Below, piece by piece: positions 21,874 to 51,642 of a stretch of 64,000 nt of DNA. The notes beneath the pieces are model-generated. The model ran no database searches. It saw only the letters and a list, made by a program, of their open reading frames with translations, and was not told the origin of the DNA. This stretch comes from Tubiluchus corallicola (lineage: Eukaryota > Animalia > Priapulida): NCBI GenBank assembly GCA_030141605.1, contig JAQGDQ010000059.1, forward strand, positions 186,001 through 250,000. Direction: 5' to 3'. The position numbers and the translations under genes were made by a program. The first letter of the stretch is position 1; every line of letters starts with the position of its first letter.

Positions 21874-23666
21874 GTATGTCACTTAATACTTTGTCACTCA
21901 CTAGTATGATATGGTTAAAATGGTAACAACGGTTACCCAGTAGACCAAACACTTTTGTATGTAATGGATAGCCTGATTAGAGATCTTTGATAATTTTTAG
22001 ACTTTTAGATTAGATAGTCTGATTAGAAATTAGAGATTTTAGTCTTTGGTCTATTATATTTTCCAAATAATTTTTTAGTATTATAATCTTCACCCATTCA
22101 CTTATTGTATTGTAATTGTCACCCATTTACTTACACTTACTATTGCTCAATTTCGTGACCACTTGTTTATTCTCATTGTAGCAATAGTGACATTTTGTGC
22201 TTTTTGTCTGTTTTTTTTATAATTGTCTGACCTTTTCTCTGTATTGTATGTACTATTTGTCATTTTCTAATTGATAAAACTAAAAAGATCGGTCTTAGTC
22301 TTAGCTATTTTTGTGTTTCACATCACTTTTTTCCACCTCATAGTAGTGCCATGATTTGCTGGAGTGATCAAACTTGTTTGCTGTAAGAATTTTTTTATTA
22401 CATAATTGTTTCAATTCTTGTGATTAAGAATATTTCTATGTCAAATGTACATGTGTGTGCATGCTTGTGTGAGCGCTCGCACATGTGCATGTTTTGTGGC
22501 TATCAACAATATATATAGCTTTAAATATAAAGGACTAGTTGTCTATTTCTTTGTTTGCATTGTTGTAGCCAGTAAGCAAGCGGCAGCAAAAGCAGGTGGA
22601 GGCAAGCAAGGACAGAAACGAGCAGCTGCTAATTTAAAAACAGGGCTTACTTTAGAGGTAACAGCATTTAATTGATTAGATTATTAGCACTATAGGAAAT
22701 ATAAAAAGTTTATTTGTTCTTCAAAATTTGTAAGATTTAAATGTCACTGGTTGATAAGTTTTCCTTTTCTTACCAATAGATGATGCAACATACTTTACAT
22801 TGAAATTGTTAGCATAAAAGTTGATGATTATGATTTACAGAGCAGACATACGATCAATGTCATAATTTATAGTTGTTGTCACGAGAACTCTAGATATAAG
22901 TAACTGTTTCTGTTTTAGGAAGCGATGCAAATATTAAATGTTAAAAACTTAAAGTCTTCTGAGAAAGTGGCTGAAAACTACAAGCATCTCTTTAAGGTCA
23001 ATGACAAAAAATTAGGTGGCTCTTTCTACTTACAATCTAAGGTAAGGTTTGTAAAGTTGTTTTAATATTACATTTTTTCACAAGTCAGCAAAACACAAAG
23101 CATATTGTTTTCCCAGCTAAAACAGAATAAAAATGCATTTTGTTTATGCCCTTTTCATTCTCTCATGCTGCAGTCAAACATTTATTTAAAACAGTTGTAG
23201 AACAGTGTAAAGCTTTGATGGAATTTTCCAATAACTGAGCAAGCTTTCGTATGATGCCTTTATTTTTGCACTGGCATTTTTGGTTAAATTTAAACTTTCA
23301 CAGAGAGTGTAAAACTTTGATGGAATTTTCCAATAACTGAGCAAGCTTTCATGTGATGCCTTTATTTTTGCACTGGCATTTTTGGTTAAATTTAAACTTT
23401 CACAGAGAAGGGCAACAGGAGTTTTTATTTACAGACTCAGACTTATCATTTTGTAACATTCATTCTAAGCATCATTGGATGATTTTGATGAGAGTGGGTA
23501 ATTATTACTGTGAAACATCACTCACGAACTGGCGTGTTCTAAGGGCCACATGATTTCCATTTTCTAGGTTGTAAGAGCAAAAGAACGATTAGATGAGGAA
23601 TTAGGAGTACAGTCTTCGGACTCGACAGAAACTCAGCCTGAAAAAAATGCACCTCCATCATCATGA
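21789..23666 (+). CDS. PAM16: Mitochondrial import motor subunit PAM16/Tim16 (Magmas), J-like protein; start-codon exon not located
   Basis: Exons 21789-21873, 22569-22657, 22919-23041 and 23568-23666 are GT-AG bounded and in phase: [66 protein letters not shown]...[35 protein letters not shown]...[20 protein letters not shown] is diagnostic of Pam16. Confidence 0.95.
22569..22657 (+). CDS. PAM16: PAM16 coding exon
   Basis: [30 protein letters not shown]. Confidence 0.9.
22919..23041 (+). CDS. PAM16: PAM16 coding exon (J-like domain)
   Basis: [41 protein letters not shown]. Confidence 0.93.
23204..23407 (+). repeat. Near-perfect 102-bp tandem duplication in the last PAM16 intron
   Basis: Copies start at 23204 and 23306 and differ at about 3 positions. 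Confidence 0.92.
23568..23666 (+). CDS. PAM16: PAM16 terminal coding exon
   Basis: [35 protein letters not shown]. Confidence 0.92.
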   Translation, partial: VVRAKERLDEELGVQSSDSTETQPEKNAPPSS

Positions 23667-25715
23667 CAACTTTATAAATAACATTTTGTTGTATAATAGT
23701 AGGAAAATTTGTGTAAATAGCAAAAGTTAGTAAATCAGAACAAAAAAACTTCACTTTATTTGTCTTGATGCTTGCAGAATTGTTGATTTCTTTACTGTTG
23801 AGTTTAATAACTAACCAGAGAAAGATTGCTTTTACTTAATTTAGTAAAATGTGCACAAGCGGCCCAACTTACCGGCAAATATTAAATTCAGGCCTCTTGG
23901 TTGCCCTAGCCTAGGCACAAATACAAAGAATAATCAGAATGTCTATCCAGACAGTTGTTAATTGCTAGGAAAGGTAGGGAAGATTTTGTTAAAATTAATA
24001 ACAACCTTTAGGAAATGTTTTTATAGCAATGCTGTACTTTGCTTGTTGATCTGATTATTGTTAAATTATAGATGTTGCTTAAAAAATGAATTTCAGTAGT
24101 TTTTATGGCAAAAATGATGGTCATGATTAATCCTAGTCACAGGTTCATTTGTTCTGAGGAGCTACTTACATGCATCATTTTTAAAATAAGGAAATTTTTC
24201 ATTTCCTGCGATACTTCAGCAGTTTAGTATCTTGTTCTGTCAACAGGCCAATTTTACTGATCTAAATAATAAATTTAAGTTCTATGGCTTGGCCCATAAT
24301 GTATTAGTCTCTCATCACGTTATGCAGCAGTTTTCTAGATCTGATACCCTGCAACCATGTACAGTCCAGTAAAGTTGGTGCTAAAAAGGTTTTAGCAAAA
24401 CACTCAAAAGGCTAGATTAAATTTAGTCATTAAGTTGCATATAGCACATTTATACAACATCTCCACTAACCCGAAATCGATTCTTTATTCGCGCTTTGGT
24501 GAATTATAATGGTACAACTTCATACATTATAATATCACATGGTCAGTGAACTGTATCTTCATTCACCAGTGAAAAGTATAACTGTCAAATTGTATCAGTT
24601 AAATAAATCTTACTTATCGAGTAAGTCAACGTGCAATAATTTATTTATCAGTTACAGTGTCATAATCATATTACATATTTTTTACAATATTAACATAGAA
24701 TGTTTAAAAAAGAAACTAACATGTAATCAGTTACAGTACATATAATATACATAGCATAATATTTAACAATAATTTATAAAATATCATTCATTTTAAATTA
24801 TTGAACTTGCTTAGAAGCATTTCAAAAAATTTCAAAAAACTTTCTGAAACCTTGACTGAAATTTTAGTCATTCAAATATAATTTATTTTACAGTTTAACT
24901 GATAACTGAAATACGTATTTATGCCTAAGGCAATGATTGATGTTAGTTTAGTCAGTTTGCTACTAGTGTAAACACGATTTTGTAACTACTTAGGAAAGTT
25001 AAATCTAATTTGATGTAAGTTATTAGGCATTGCAGAAGTGCATAATTATACACTTTCATCTTTAAAGCATAAGTATGACTAAACTTCTTCAAATCTTCAT
25101 CAAATAGTTATATTATGCCTAGAAAGCTACTAAAATGTAATTATTGTCTAAAAACATGCCAACATCACTAATCATTATCTGTTGTAAAATTATAAATTTT
25201 AAACGTACAGTAAAATACAGAAAATACAAAACTGCAATGTGTAGTACTTAACACTAAGGGAATTGGCATTATGTAAACTCTAGTAACATTAAAAATTAAT
25301 AGAAACGTAACATTTTTATACAACAAACTTGCAAATGTGTCGTGTAACAATAACAACAACAAAAGTAATTAAAGTAAATAAAAATAGTTTTTTTATTAGC
25401 ATGAGTGCTAAATGATAGCAAATTGTTTATCAAATTAAATAGCAAATACAGAAGTCATGCTCATTAAGTGCTGCTTGACTGTAAGTCGATCCTAAAATTT
25501 TCAAAGATAAATGCAGGTTGATCTCAAACATTTAAACCATGTCGTTATAGCATAAAATTATTCAGTAAATATTTCAACTCATTAACGAGAGCTGCTCAGA
25601 AGTTCTTTAATAACTGCAAAATTCAAAGGCTGACACATATAAAAATCTTATCGTAAATTAATAAGCCTATAGTCTATACGATAACTTATGCACACACAAT
25701 GTAGAAATATCCTCT

Positions 25716-41390
<15,675 letters not shown>

Positions 41391-44300
41391 CTGAAAAAAA
41401 ACAATGCCTCTGTTACCATACCATCTCTACCGATAACGTAAAAGCTAGAAACAGTTGTTAAAATAGGGCCTTATACTATCGAAATTTCCTACCATTAAAT
41501 TTTGGTCCTACCATATGCCCAGTCTCCGTTAATGCAGTACCTACAGGTTTCCTGCCAAATATGGTACTTACTAAAATTAACTTTACGTGTTTACAATACT
41601 GATTCAAGCATTTATTTAATTTATTTACATCATCGGTATTATTTCAAATTCGGCAACGAAGACGGCAAGTGAACTCTGACAGGCTAGTGATTAGCAAATA
41701 TTTTGCTTCTTTTTCAGGCAAAACTGTTTTAGATGTCCCGAGCGCATTAAAATTAATGCAAATATTTAAAGTGATAGATTGGGAAAAACTTGCCTGTGAA
41801 GGTAACTATGACAGTCGGCTGCGGCAATTATCAGATAATGTTTCAAATCTTACTTTGGAAAAGTCAAGCACGTACAATTCATGTCAGAGAAATGAAACAG
41901 CGGCTAGTGGTAAACTGCTGGTAAATTTATTAAAAATTCATCCGCAGCTTCTAAAGAAATTTTGGTTTAAATGTAAAAGTTGTAATTATTCAAAACCTGC
42001 TGTTTGTTAATAGCACTGATAACATATTTTGGGGAACTTGCAGTATTGTAACATCTGCAATCGGTGGAAAGAGACTTTTCTCAGTTTATTGAATTTCATT
42101 TACACCGTTAACAACTTAAACAACGTACAAGTTTAACTACATAAAAAGTTAAAAATGCTGGAGCAACTACGTCTAAGAAAACACAAGAAATTCCAAAGGT
42201 TAATTGGATTGAGCCGATATATCCAGACACGCAGATAATTTTTTATATTTAGTTTCACTAATCACTGTATCGTCCGCACGAAGAAACACAAAATGACCTC
42301 TAAACCTGGCGCTCTGTAAATGCATTTTTAAAGTAACTGTTCTCCAATAAAAAAAGTCAGATTTTTATTATTATCATACAAAAATCACAGTGAATTCAGT
42401 ATAATTCAGTGTGATCAATAACAATACTGCTGCCGAGATGAACAGGATGCATGTATATCCACGATTTTAGGAGCGGGCATTCTGAAAATCGACATTGGCC
42501 CTGAATACACATTTGTAATAAAGTACCTGGCAATTCTATCGCAAGCAAAATTCAGGTGTCGTAGAAAGGGTTGTATATGTCGTGTAAAGGGATAGCTCAC
42601 AAAAAAGATGAACTTTTTCAAACAAATATCGTATACCCAGCAGCACGGCGGGTTGTGAGCGGAGTTTTACTAAAAGCAAAGTTGCAGTAATAAGATTCAA
42701 AATGTCTATTGTTGTAGTCATTTGACAGTTGGACAAGATTCCGGTTGTATATGTAGAATTTTCTAGAACCCAATTTACGTGCACTAGTAAATAAATCTAG
42801 TTTCTAACAGAACTCGATGTGCCATTTTTATTAAGTCCTCAGAAAGCACTCATCATTTTACAGTGTAAATGTCACATCCTTTTTGCAGTGTCGACGCATA
42901 GTAAACTAGGCTTTAGACTCAGTTCGTAATGAATACATTTCGTTTTCAAAGCATTGTAAATAGTATATTAGTTTCTGGCAGTTCAAGAAGTAGGCCTATT
43001 TAAAATTTGCAAATATCCAAAAATTGAACTTATTACTGCGAATCATTTACAGCAATTTACAACCCTAGAATGATAACTCTGGGTCTAAGACATTTCCGAA
43101 TGTTTGATCTCATTGAACAGGATCAGAATTGGCACTATGAAGTACACATTCTTTCAATCAAAGCAGCACTCAGCAGATTGAGCTATGATCACTCAAGAGC
43201 AAGAGGCGAAGCAGAGACAATAGTATCATTTCAACGCTAATGGCAGCAAAGTGATTGAAGCTATCAAAACTGATGGACACTGATGCTATTATATATTAGC
43301 CAGCCACCGCAGTAAGGCACGTCTATACTGGCAAACCTGTTATACGTGACAACTTCTTAGTTGCATGCAAGCTGCAAATACCATATGCATGCCTATAGTA
43401 TTTCTTAGTTCTTAGTGTAAATTTTATCTTTTATATGGGATTTTTATGTGCTGAAATAAACTCTAAATAAAAATAATTAATAGCAAGACAAACTAGCTGA
43501 TAATTACGTTCAAACTTTAACGTGATGGTGATGTTCTAACCCAATCAACAAGACTTTATGTTACAAGTAACAGGCACCCCTAATATGAAAAGAGCACAGC
43601 GATGGTCTACCCTTTGATGGTGAACAGGGAATTAAACATGTTCCAGTGATCACGCTGAATTGTAACAAATTGCCTGTGCAATACTGACAACACTATAATG
43701 GCATTTAGGAAAGCCATCTTGATCCACAGGCTTCGTTAAAATGGGAAGGAGGCACAGCAAGAGATTTGGAGGATTGCGCGGGTTCATCGTCTGTAAAATT
43801 ACTGAAATATCTAGTGTATGCATAGGAGAAGAAGCCAGAAAATTGGTGCGCCGCGAAATCCTGTCTCAGAGCAATTTTTATTAGGGAAACTGTTAATCTG
43901 ACTATACTATACCAGATTATCCTAAACAAAACTATGACCTAATTGTTATAACTGCCAAATATTATAATATATTATATTAGTATTATAATAGTTGTTTTAT
44001 GCATTCAGTGTTGTTGCTCGACCAGTTACATTTACAAATTATGTAGAAAATCAATCTAGGCATCCTTTTTGTTTATACACAATTGGTGAAATTTAACATT
44101 TTCTACTAAAATCGTTGGGATAAAATTGATTTTGAAAAAGGATATGAAACTTCAAATTGGTTTTCGTGGCCAGGGCAGCATAACAGTTTAAAGTAATGTC
44201 TTAATTCTTGGAAGATGTTCGGCAGGCTTACATTTGATGTCAGGGCCCAAATTGGAAATTTTATCGCATCCATTCCTGCTACAAAAACAACCAACTTCAG

Positions 44301-46059
44301 GGACAGCCGCTGCAGGCATCATCGTTATGATAATAAAAATCATGCCTGCTTAGCTATGCGAGACCAGAGAAATGCACCCACCTAGCTGGATTGAACTGTA
44401 GAGTGTTTTTTGAGCGAGTCCCGTATTTACGGATTGTATTTCAGATGCTTGTTTGCGTGAATGGAACCGGCTCTAAATTGATTTTCAGGAACACGCTAAA
44501 CCGAAAGAGACACTCAATAGAACCGCAAATCGATTGAAAGATACTGAGGAGTTGTACTAATCCTCCGTGGCAAATTCAACAATAATGACAAGACGAAGAT
44601 GTCAAGAGATGTAACGGTCATATCTTTCGATATGAAATTGTTTTCTTTTCCGCTTTTTTTGATACAACGTTATTTTTACATCTAAAGTCAATCGAACAGA
44701 AAAATAAAACTGAAAAAACAAAATAAAATATACTAAAAATTATCAATTAGGAATTTGATGGTAATACGTATAGTACAATAACTAAAAATAAGGTCACGGT
44801 GAATACCAAATTAGCGAAGAATATGTAGTTCGAATGCAGAAAATTAATGATACATATTTTCCGTTTTCGTGATAAGAACTCGAGTACATGGTGTCCGTAT
44901 TATTAGCCTCTTAAATCCCCATCAAATTTACTTATTAATACATCTAAAACAAATATAGCATCCCGTTTAGAACGCGACGTGTAGTTTCAAAGGCTCTGTG
45001 AAATCGATTTAAAAAAGGTGTTACCTAAACAAGATTAACAAAAAGCGTTTGTATGTGATACCAGACTTCGGTATGTTATTGCGTTACACGCGGCCTCAGT
45101 AAGTCACCTTTAAGAAATGATGAGTGGCTTCAATTGGCCACATTAAAATGTATGGCATAATAACTTCAGCACGATATCTTAAATATATGAGTCACGGCTT
45201 CCGTACGATGTTCAGCAGACAGAAGGTATAACATGTGGCTTTATTTCGTCTTCGTATAACCATGGTATGTATCTTCGGGTGCTGTCTTAAAGGCACAACA
45301 CGTATTTTCAATACGCCATTTCAAGGCCAAGTGCATGGCTTCAATATAATATTTTGTAGGGTAATTTTAAAAACATATAACAATCTCAAAAGTGAGCTTT
45401 CAATCAAACATATTGTAACATATACCATGTGGCTACAGCACCGTCATACTGAAAGAAAGGTGTGTGTGTGTGTGTGTTTTGCTGTCCGGGGCCTGTCCCA
45501 TATTAAACTTCCGGCTTCAGCGCTCTAAAAATAAATGATACATCGCGGGGTCTTTCGCATGCTGGTCTATTAGCATTTTAATGGCTTTCTAACTAGTAAA
45601 TTACACACGCCTTAAATGACATTTGGTCCAGCGGCGCGCAGTATGATAATGGATGCGACAGAACAACGTTGGAACTGGTTATTGGATTGTGGCATCCCGG
45701 GAGTCTGTGATGGACACAAATCAATTACAACTTACAAAAGCTGCTTAGTAAAGTGATGGCAAATCAATACATACCATACTTATCTATAAGGTCGGCATAA
45801 TAACGGCAAAAGGTGTACCGACTGTTGAATCTTTTTGATGGGATTCAAGAGATGTGGAGGAGACGGAGGCAGCATGCTCTTGATTTTGGATTCTTGATTA
45901 CATACGTTTTTAGTCAAGTTACAGAGAAATTATTTAATGAAGACACAGCTATGTATAGTTAACAATGTATAGTGGTGGTGACGGCTTTTTTGAGGGCACG
46001 ATAACTATACATTTCAGTAGCCCGTTGGTTTGTCAATAAGTGCTGGATGTTGACACTGT

Positions 46060-46410
46060 ATCTCGACACCAGGCGGAGGAACTGCACAAGCAGCCAACGG
46101 CTAGAGGGCAGAGGAGGTCATGTAACCCAACGGCTATGTGTAGAGGAGTAAACCTTCCAAATCAGGAGTGGAGCCCCGAAGACGGACCAGTGTAGCATGC
46201 TCACTGACTCCTCCAGTCAACCTGGTGCCAAACGTATCGCTCTGCTTTCCTTTGGACTACACCAGGGAGGAAGAGAGGGGGTTCCTGTTGTCTGGGCAAC
46301 TCAGGATCTCCATACACCTTGCCCAGGCGTGCGCCCTGAAGAGGCCACTCCAGTGGTTCAAGGATCGGACTGCTCAGCCACAGTCGACGCTGCAGCTCCA
46401 TCAATGTGAT
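46060..46410 (+). mobile_element. GC-rich fragment resembling an RTE-clade LINE 5' UTR or RTE-related SINE body
   Basis: Sharp GC island; the motif order GGAGTAAACC, GGAGTGGAGCCCC, CTGGTGCCAAACGTATC, TTCCTTTGGA, TGGGCAAC, CTCCATA, TGCCCAGGC resembles RTE 5' regions as I recall them (not verified by search). Confidence 0.5.
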
Positions 46411-49321
46411 CAATAACTGACTCTCTTGGCGCACATTGTTTTCCGAAAATAGAAGGATGCCAGCAACAAGTTCTTATAGGCCCAATTTTCGCAGTTCAAT
46501 GCTCTGGAAGAGAAAAGCTCGTCCAGCTGTAGGACACGAGCACTTTGTTATAAAATCTTCTGAAAAGTATCGACTCGTGTGGCAATCAGTCAGAAAAGTG
46601 GAAAATTACGCTTTTACGGCATAATAAAATTTTATTAACCCCACATATTGCAGAATTGCACGTTTGAAACCCGCACGGTTACCATTTTCAGAACGGGACA
46701 GTACATCAGATAGAAAAAGCTGTTAGCACTTCCACAACCATTGTGCTAATTTAAAATTCACAGCCGTTTCACACTGTCTGTGAAGTCTGAAATCTGAACG
46801 TCGCACAGAATAGCGAATTTCGGGTTTTTTCGAGACCAAACAAGACCAGATTTAACACACGCGAATAATACACTTTTTTGTACATTGAACGCCTATTTTG
46901 CTTTTGTAATATTTTTGTCCAATTATAAGCAGTTGGTCTCCACGGATAATCACTTTAGGGCGAAAGAAAATAAATATGACAGACCAGCACGTGTTAAGGA
47001 TTTGTTCCCCCAGTCAATTGCAATGCATATTGTATCATTTATATGAAATTGCGCGCAAATTTTTACAGAACCTTTGCGGAAGCCACCCAGATTAAATGAC
47101 GCGTGCATCAACTCAACTGCCATTAAAGTAGGATATATCGCAGAATTATTCGGACCTTCTGAATTGAATCACTCGCCTTTTTTAGTTTAAAATTAAACCT
47201 TTTTTGTAAGCATACCTTTTCAGCGCAAAAGCGATACGCTTCGTGATACGTTCTAAAACCAATATTTTGTATGGCGATTTATTTCTGACGACCTCAAAGT
47301 TTATCATAACGAAGCAGTGGTGTTTCCAAGCGCCATATTTATTGTAGCTCTTCACCTTTTAGACTTTACAGCGTTTAGAATTTTGCAGTGATGGTTTCAA
47401 TAGACATTCAGGAACACGCGTTCGTCTGAGTAAACTTGAAATCTCCTTTTCTTTCATCCGTTTATTGACGGACGCATATTGCATTCGCAGAGTGACAAAA
47501 TGTATTATGAAAGCGTTTTTGAAATGTAACATTTTCTTCTTTGTACAACAATCGATGATTTACGCGACTGGCCAAGCGGTAAAGTCGTTTTCACATTTTA
47601 CTAGACGCATTCACATTCTTCAAGCACGATAATGGCAATAACAATAAATTATTACCCCTGTATTCTATTATATTCTGGTTGTGATAATTAACGACGACAA
47701 TTGCATAACTAATATCACGGACGAACTCACAATGACAATAAACATGACAATTAATAATGAATTTCACAGATCTGGAAAAGGGAAAAGTACAAAAACTACT
47801 AACTATTTATGTTAGATTTTATAATTTTTAAAATATTTATTATTAACTCTCTCAGTAATTAAAAACTGATTATGTAATACAGAGAAAACGACAAGAGAGA
47901 AATACAGCAGTAAGAACACCTGAGAAGTACAGTTTAGTATCAATACTAATATGCTACCAATACACTAAAGAAAATTAAAGCAACTTGTTTATGGTGCACT
48001 ATGAGAAGAGAGAATACGCAAAACTATTTTTGCTGTAGATGTCTATAATAGTTTATATTAAGTTAAACACGAAGACTGTTAAAAGCTGACTAATTAAATG
48101 ATACGATGAAAACATAAAATGTAAGAACGATGAAAACTATCATTTAAATTAAAAGATTGACAGAAATTGTTGCTTTGATAGTGTGTCACATAATTGGTGA
48201 TGTTTTTTGATTAAGAAATTCAAATGTGCGATTAATTTCTCTTGCACGGTTAATTTTGTGCTTTTTCTGGATTGTGCATACAGTGAGTAATTGTGATATA
48301 GTATTATAAAAGTAATATTTTGTTCTTTTTTGCGTTTTTTTTCTTTTCGTCAAAGCAACATCGTACAAAGCACTGTACTGAAACTACAATTTCTCTATTG
48401 CGGGTTTTTTAACTAATAATAATTCAAATGATCACAAAAAGGCTAATGCCAAAATACCCAATTAATAATTAAAAATATAATCGTGTAAACGGTAAGCACC
48501 AAAGGAATAAACCATGCTATGAGCTTTGCAGTCTGCAGCTCATTCGTATAGGACATTTGGACTGTTTACGGTCTTTTCAACTGTCTAGACAAACCAAAAG
48601 ACTTGCAGTCATCTTCTGAAAAATGATATACTGGCGCCATAGCCAGGCTTCAACGTTCATAACTGGAGATTACTGTGATGTTTCCTATTTTTATTCGTCC
48701 ATTAGATTCTAGAGATGTGGAATCATAGCTCTTTATGCGCTCTAGTATTTGACTGATACAATATATTTTCAATAAACAAACATGAGTTGACTTTGTCACA
48801 TTACAATGAAACTATAGGAAATAAGAAGAGTGGTAATACACAAGTTGTGACAATGGCGTATCATATTGTGGACTGAGACAGGTATGCAACGCTGCCGTCA
48901 ACATAGTTACAACTTCACCAAGTTACCATGCAATCCTTTTAGGTAACTTAACGTTGCAATACCGATTTCAACACGTGAGAAAATACGTTGCAGAAAATTT
49001 AGTATTCCAAAGTCATTTTTATTTCAGAACAAAATACATTTTATTGGACGTCAAAAGCACGTAGTAGTAGTTGCCCTCTGCGAAACAGCACAAAGCAATA
49101 CGACTCAGATAAAGCATGCAGATTTTTCAAACACTAGAAGACTAGTGATCCTAGAATTTTAGTAACTTGCTATAACATCAGTTACTAATACCACTGAAAT
49201 TTCGAGAAAATGAACTTGGTGTAAGTTCTTGATATAATATGAGAGCCTTTTGTTCAATTTAAACACAGGCCCCACTTTGGTGTATAAATAATCTCAAATT
49301 TTATTTATTCATTTTCTAACG

Positions 49322-49580
49322 TCAGGTAAAGCGCGGATGTGTGATGAAGACGAATGGTTTAACAGACTGCTAAGGTGCTTTGCACTTTGCGTTTTTTACT
49401 GAAGTCCTGAGTCCTACTTTGAGTCCTAGTTTGGCTAACAGCTACTCAGCACACTTGGTGGTATTTAACATCTTTAGATGCGGTGCCATGTGTCAATAAA
49501 TTATGTTTTTATGCCACAGTTTTCACGTGCACAGCCCACACTGGCACATTCTTTGGTACTAAAATAACAACAACGAAACT
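49322..49580 (+). mobile_element. Possible decayed tRNA-derived SINE
   Basis: Weak A-box-like GACGAATGGTTT and B-box-like TTTGAGTCC, an (AAC)n tail and flanking direct repeats. Confidence 0.35.
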
Positions 49581-51642
49581 GCGGAAGTTATAAAGTTTAA
49601 ACGCAGACCCATCGCTGGTATATAAATAATCTCACAACTTTATTTGTTCATTTTCTAACGCGCCTAGTGATGGGAAATATCGTCTGATGAATTTCAGACC
49701 GTAATTTACACAACTGCAACCGCTAGATTTCTCCAAACAACGTTTGTTATTTATTAGTTCTTTATTTCGAATCCAGATCTTGTAGAATGATTTACAGTAG
49801 ACCGTATTTTACAATAATTAATACATTTCAAGAAAGCGCGTCGGTTATAATGATTTACGCAGTCGCAAAGATAACACGGTTTCAGATTTTTTGTGAAAAT
49901 TGCTGGCGAGAATAAAAGAAGATGTAATCAGGAAGGTTTAATTTGCTGTCAGTTGAAATGACTGATAGGTTTCTTGTTTCGAAATTCAACAAAGGGTCAT
50001 ATATTATTAATGTTATTTGCACAAATTTGCGAAATACTATTCAGAATATTTGCAGATTGCGCTTACGTGTACTAAATAAGTGAGCATAACTGTAATTAAC
50101 TTTAATTAATATTAGTGAAAACGGTCTTTTATGCAAAAACCAACACCAAGCGCGATCAAGGAGAAGGGAGAAGATAACTAAATGCACCGTTTTGTCATAT
50201 TTAATTTCTTAAGTTATTTTATTGTCTACAATACATTTACAAAGGCATTGTGTAAGGCTAAAAGCCGTATTAGCCAGGGGCCTAGCGCGATTCCATCCCA
50301 GAACACTATTTATTAGTCCTTGCGCTACCAGTGCATATATAATCTAAGCTGTTTAGCTACTCAGCTAATGAGCATGAAACTTATCAATGGCTGTTCTGCA
50401 CTACTCCGAAGACACTGGGATTATGAAAGACAAGTTGTACGACAACAAATAAAATAGAAACTGCTATAAGCACTAAATATTTGCAAGTGCATCTTAAGTA
50501 GCTACTGACTAAATAGTAACATTTTTCGCAATGGTGAAAAGACTAAAGTTTTCCGGTTATAAAATTTTTCAATCATTTATCATAGCTTACTTAATTTGTT
50601 CAAGAAATGTCAATTCTTGTTCTCAAACAACTCTTAAAAAAGCTTTTAGCTATAACAGTAAAAAATTGACTGTGAAGATAATCTGTGCAATGTTGTTTTA
50701 CCTACATTACATACGGGCAATACTACATGTATGGCCTAAAATACATAAATTTATACTACTGTTACTGTACTAAAATTCGTGTATTGTAGATTCCTGTACG
50801 CCTAGATATGTCCTGTTTGTAGAGTTTCTGAAATTGAGCAAGGCACTGCAAATATTTACTTGGATAATCACAAATAATGTCTAAGATTTCGATTACATTA
50901 TTGATAAATCTTATTCAAGCAAGATAAGTTTCATGCACGCAATTTGTGCTAGATCACTAGGGTTTCTGGCTTTAAATGAAAACCGGTCCTAATCTTAAAC
51001 TACAGCTCAAAACAATGTAACCTGTAAAATATTAAAAGGAACATATTGTAGTTTTCAGAGTGATACGTGAGAGAGTTATTATTGTAGAAATGTTCTACAC
51101 GGCCCGTTTTTCCCTGTTACATGCATTTCGCCGTTCGTTAGTTAGATTGGCACTAGCGCCTACATCTCAGAAACGCGTTGCACAATAAACAGGCGCTATA
51201 CCTCTCAGTTCAGATGTGGTTCAGTTGTGAAGTGGTGCACACATTCGAGTGTTTTGCGAAAGCACAGCGGTAAACTTGAAATTTAAGTTTCTAAAATTAA
51301 AATTTGCCGAGCTTTTGTGTATCAAACACATCAATGTTTTACAGAGCACTATACTTCTATATTCGCTGTTGCAAACACGAGAAACACGCCCGTGGGATGT
51401 CTGTGTTGTTTAAAATTATGCTCAGTTTAACGTCATCACTAGTTGGACTGCCCGCCATTAACTAAGCATTTAATCTACATTCATTTGATTATCAGAAACA
51501 CTTTGGCATTACTATAGGTGCTAAAATATATAGGTACTTTTTATCGTACATCACAACGGAGTAGCATATGAAAAATTCTGTTTTCCTTTAAGGAATGTAA
51601 GTTAGTAAAAGCTAACACTGAAATTGAAGCAGGAGATGCATA

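Noticed and set aside
23664-23681. PAM16 TGA-C stop as a readthrough site
   Set aside because: Context is TGA CAA CTT, not CTAG or CARYYA, and it would add only about 5 residues
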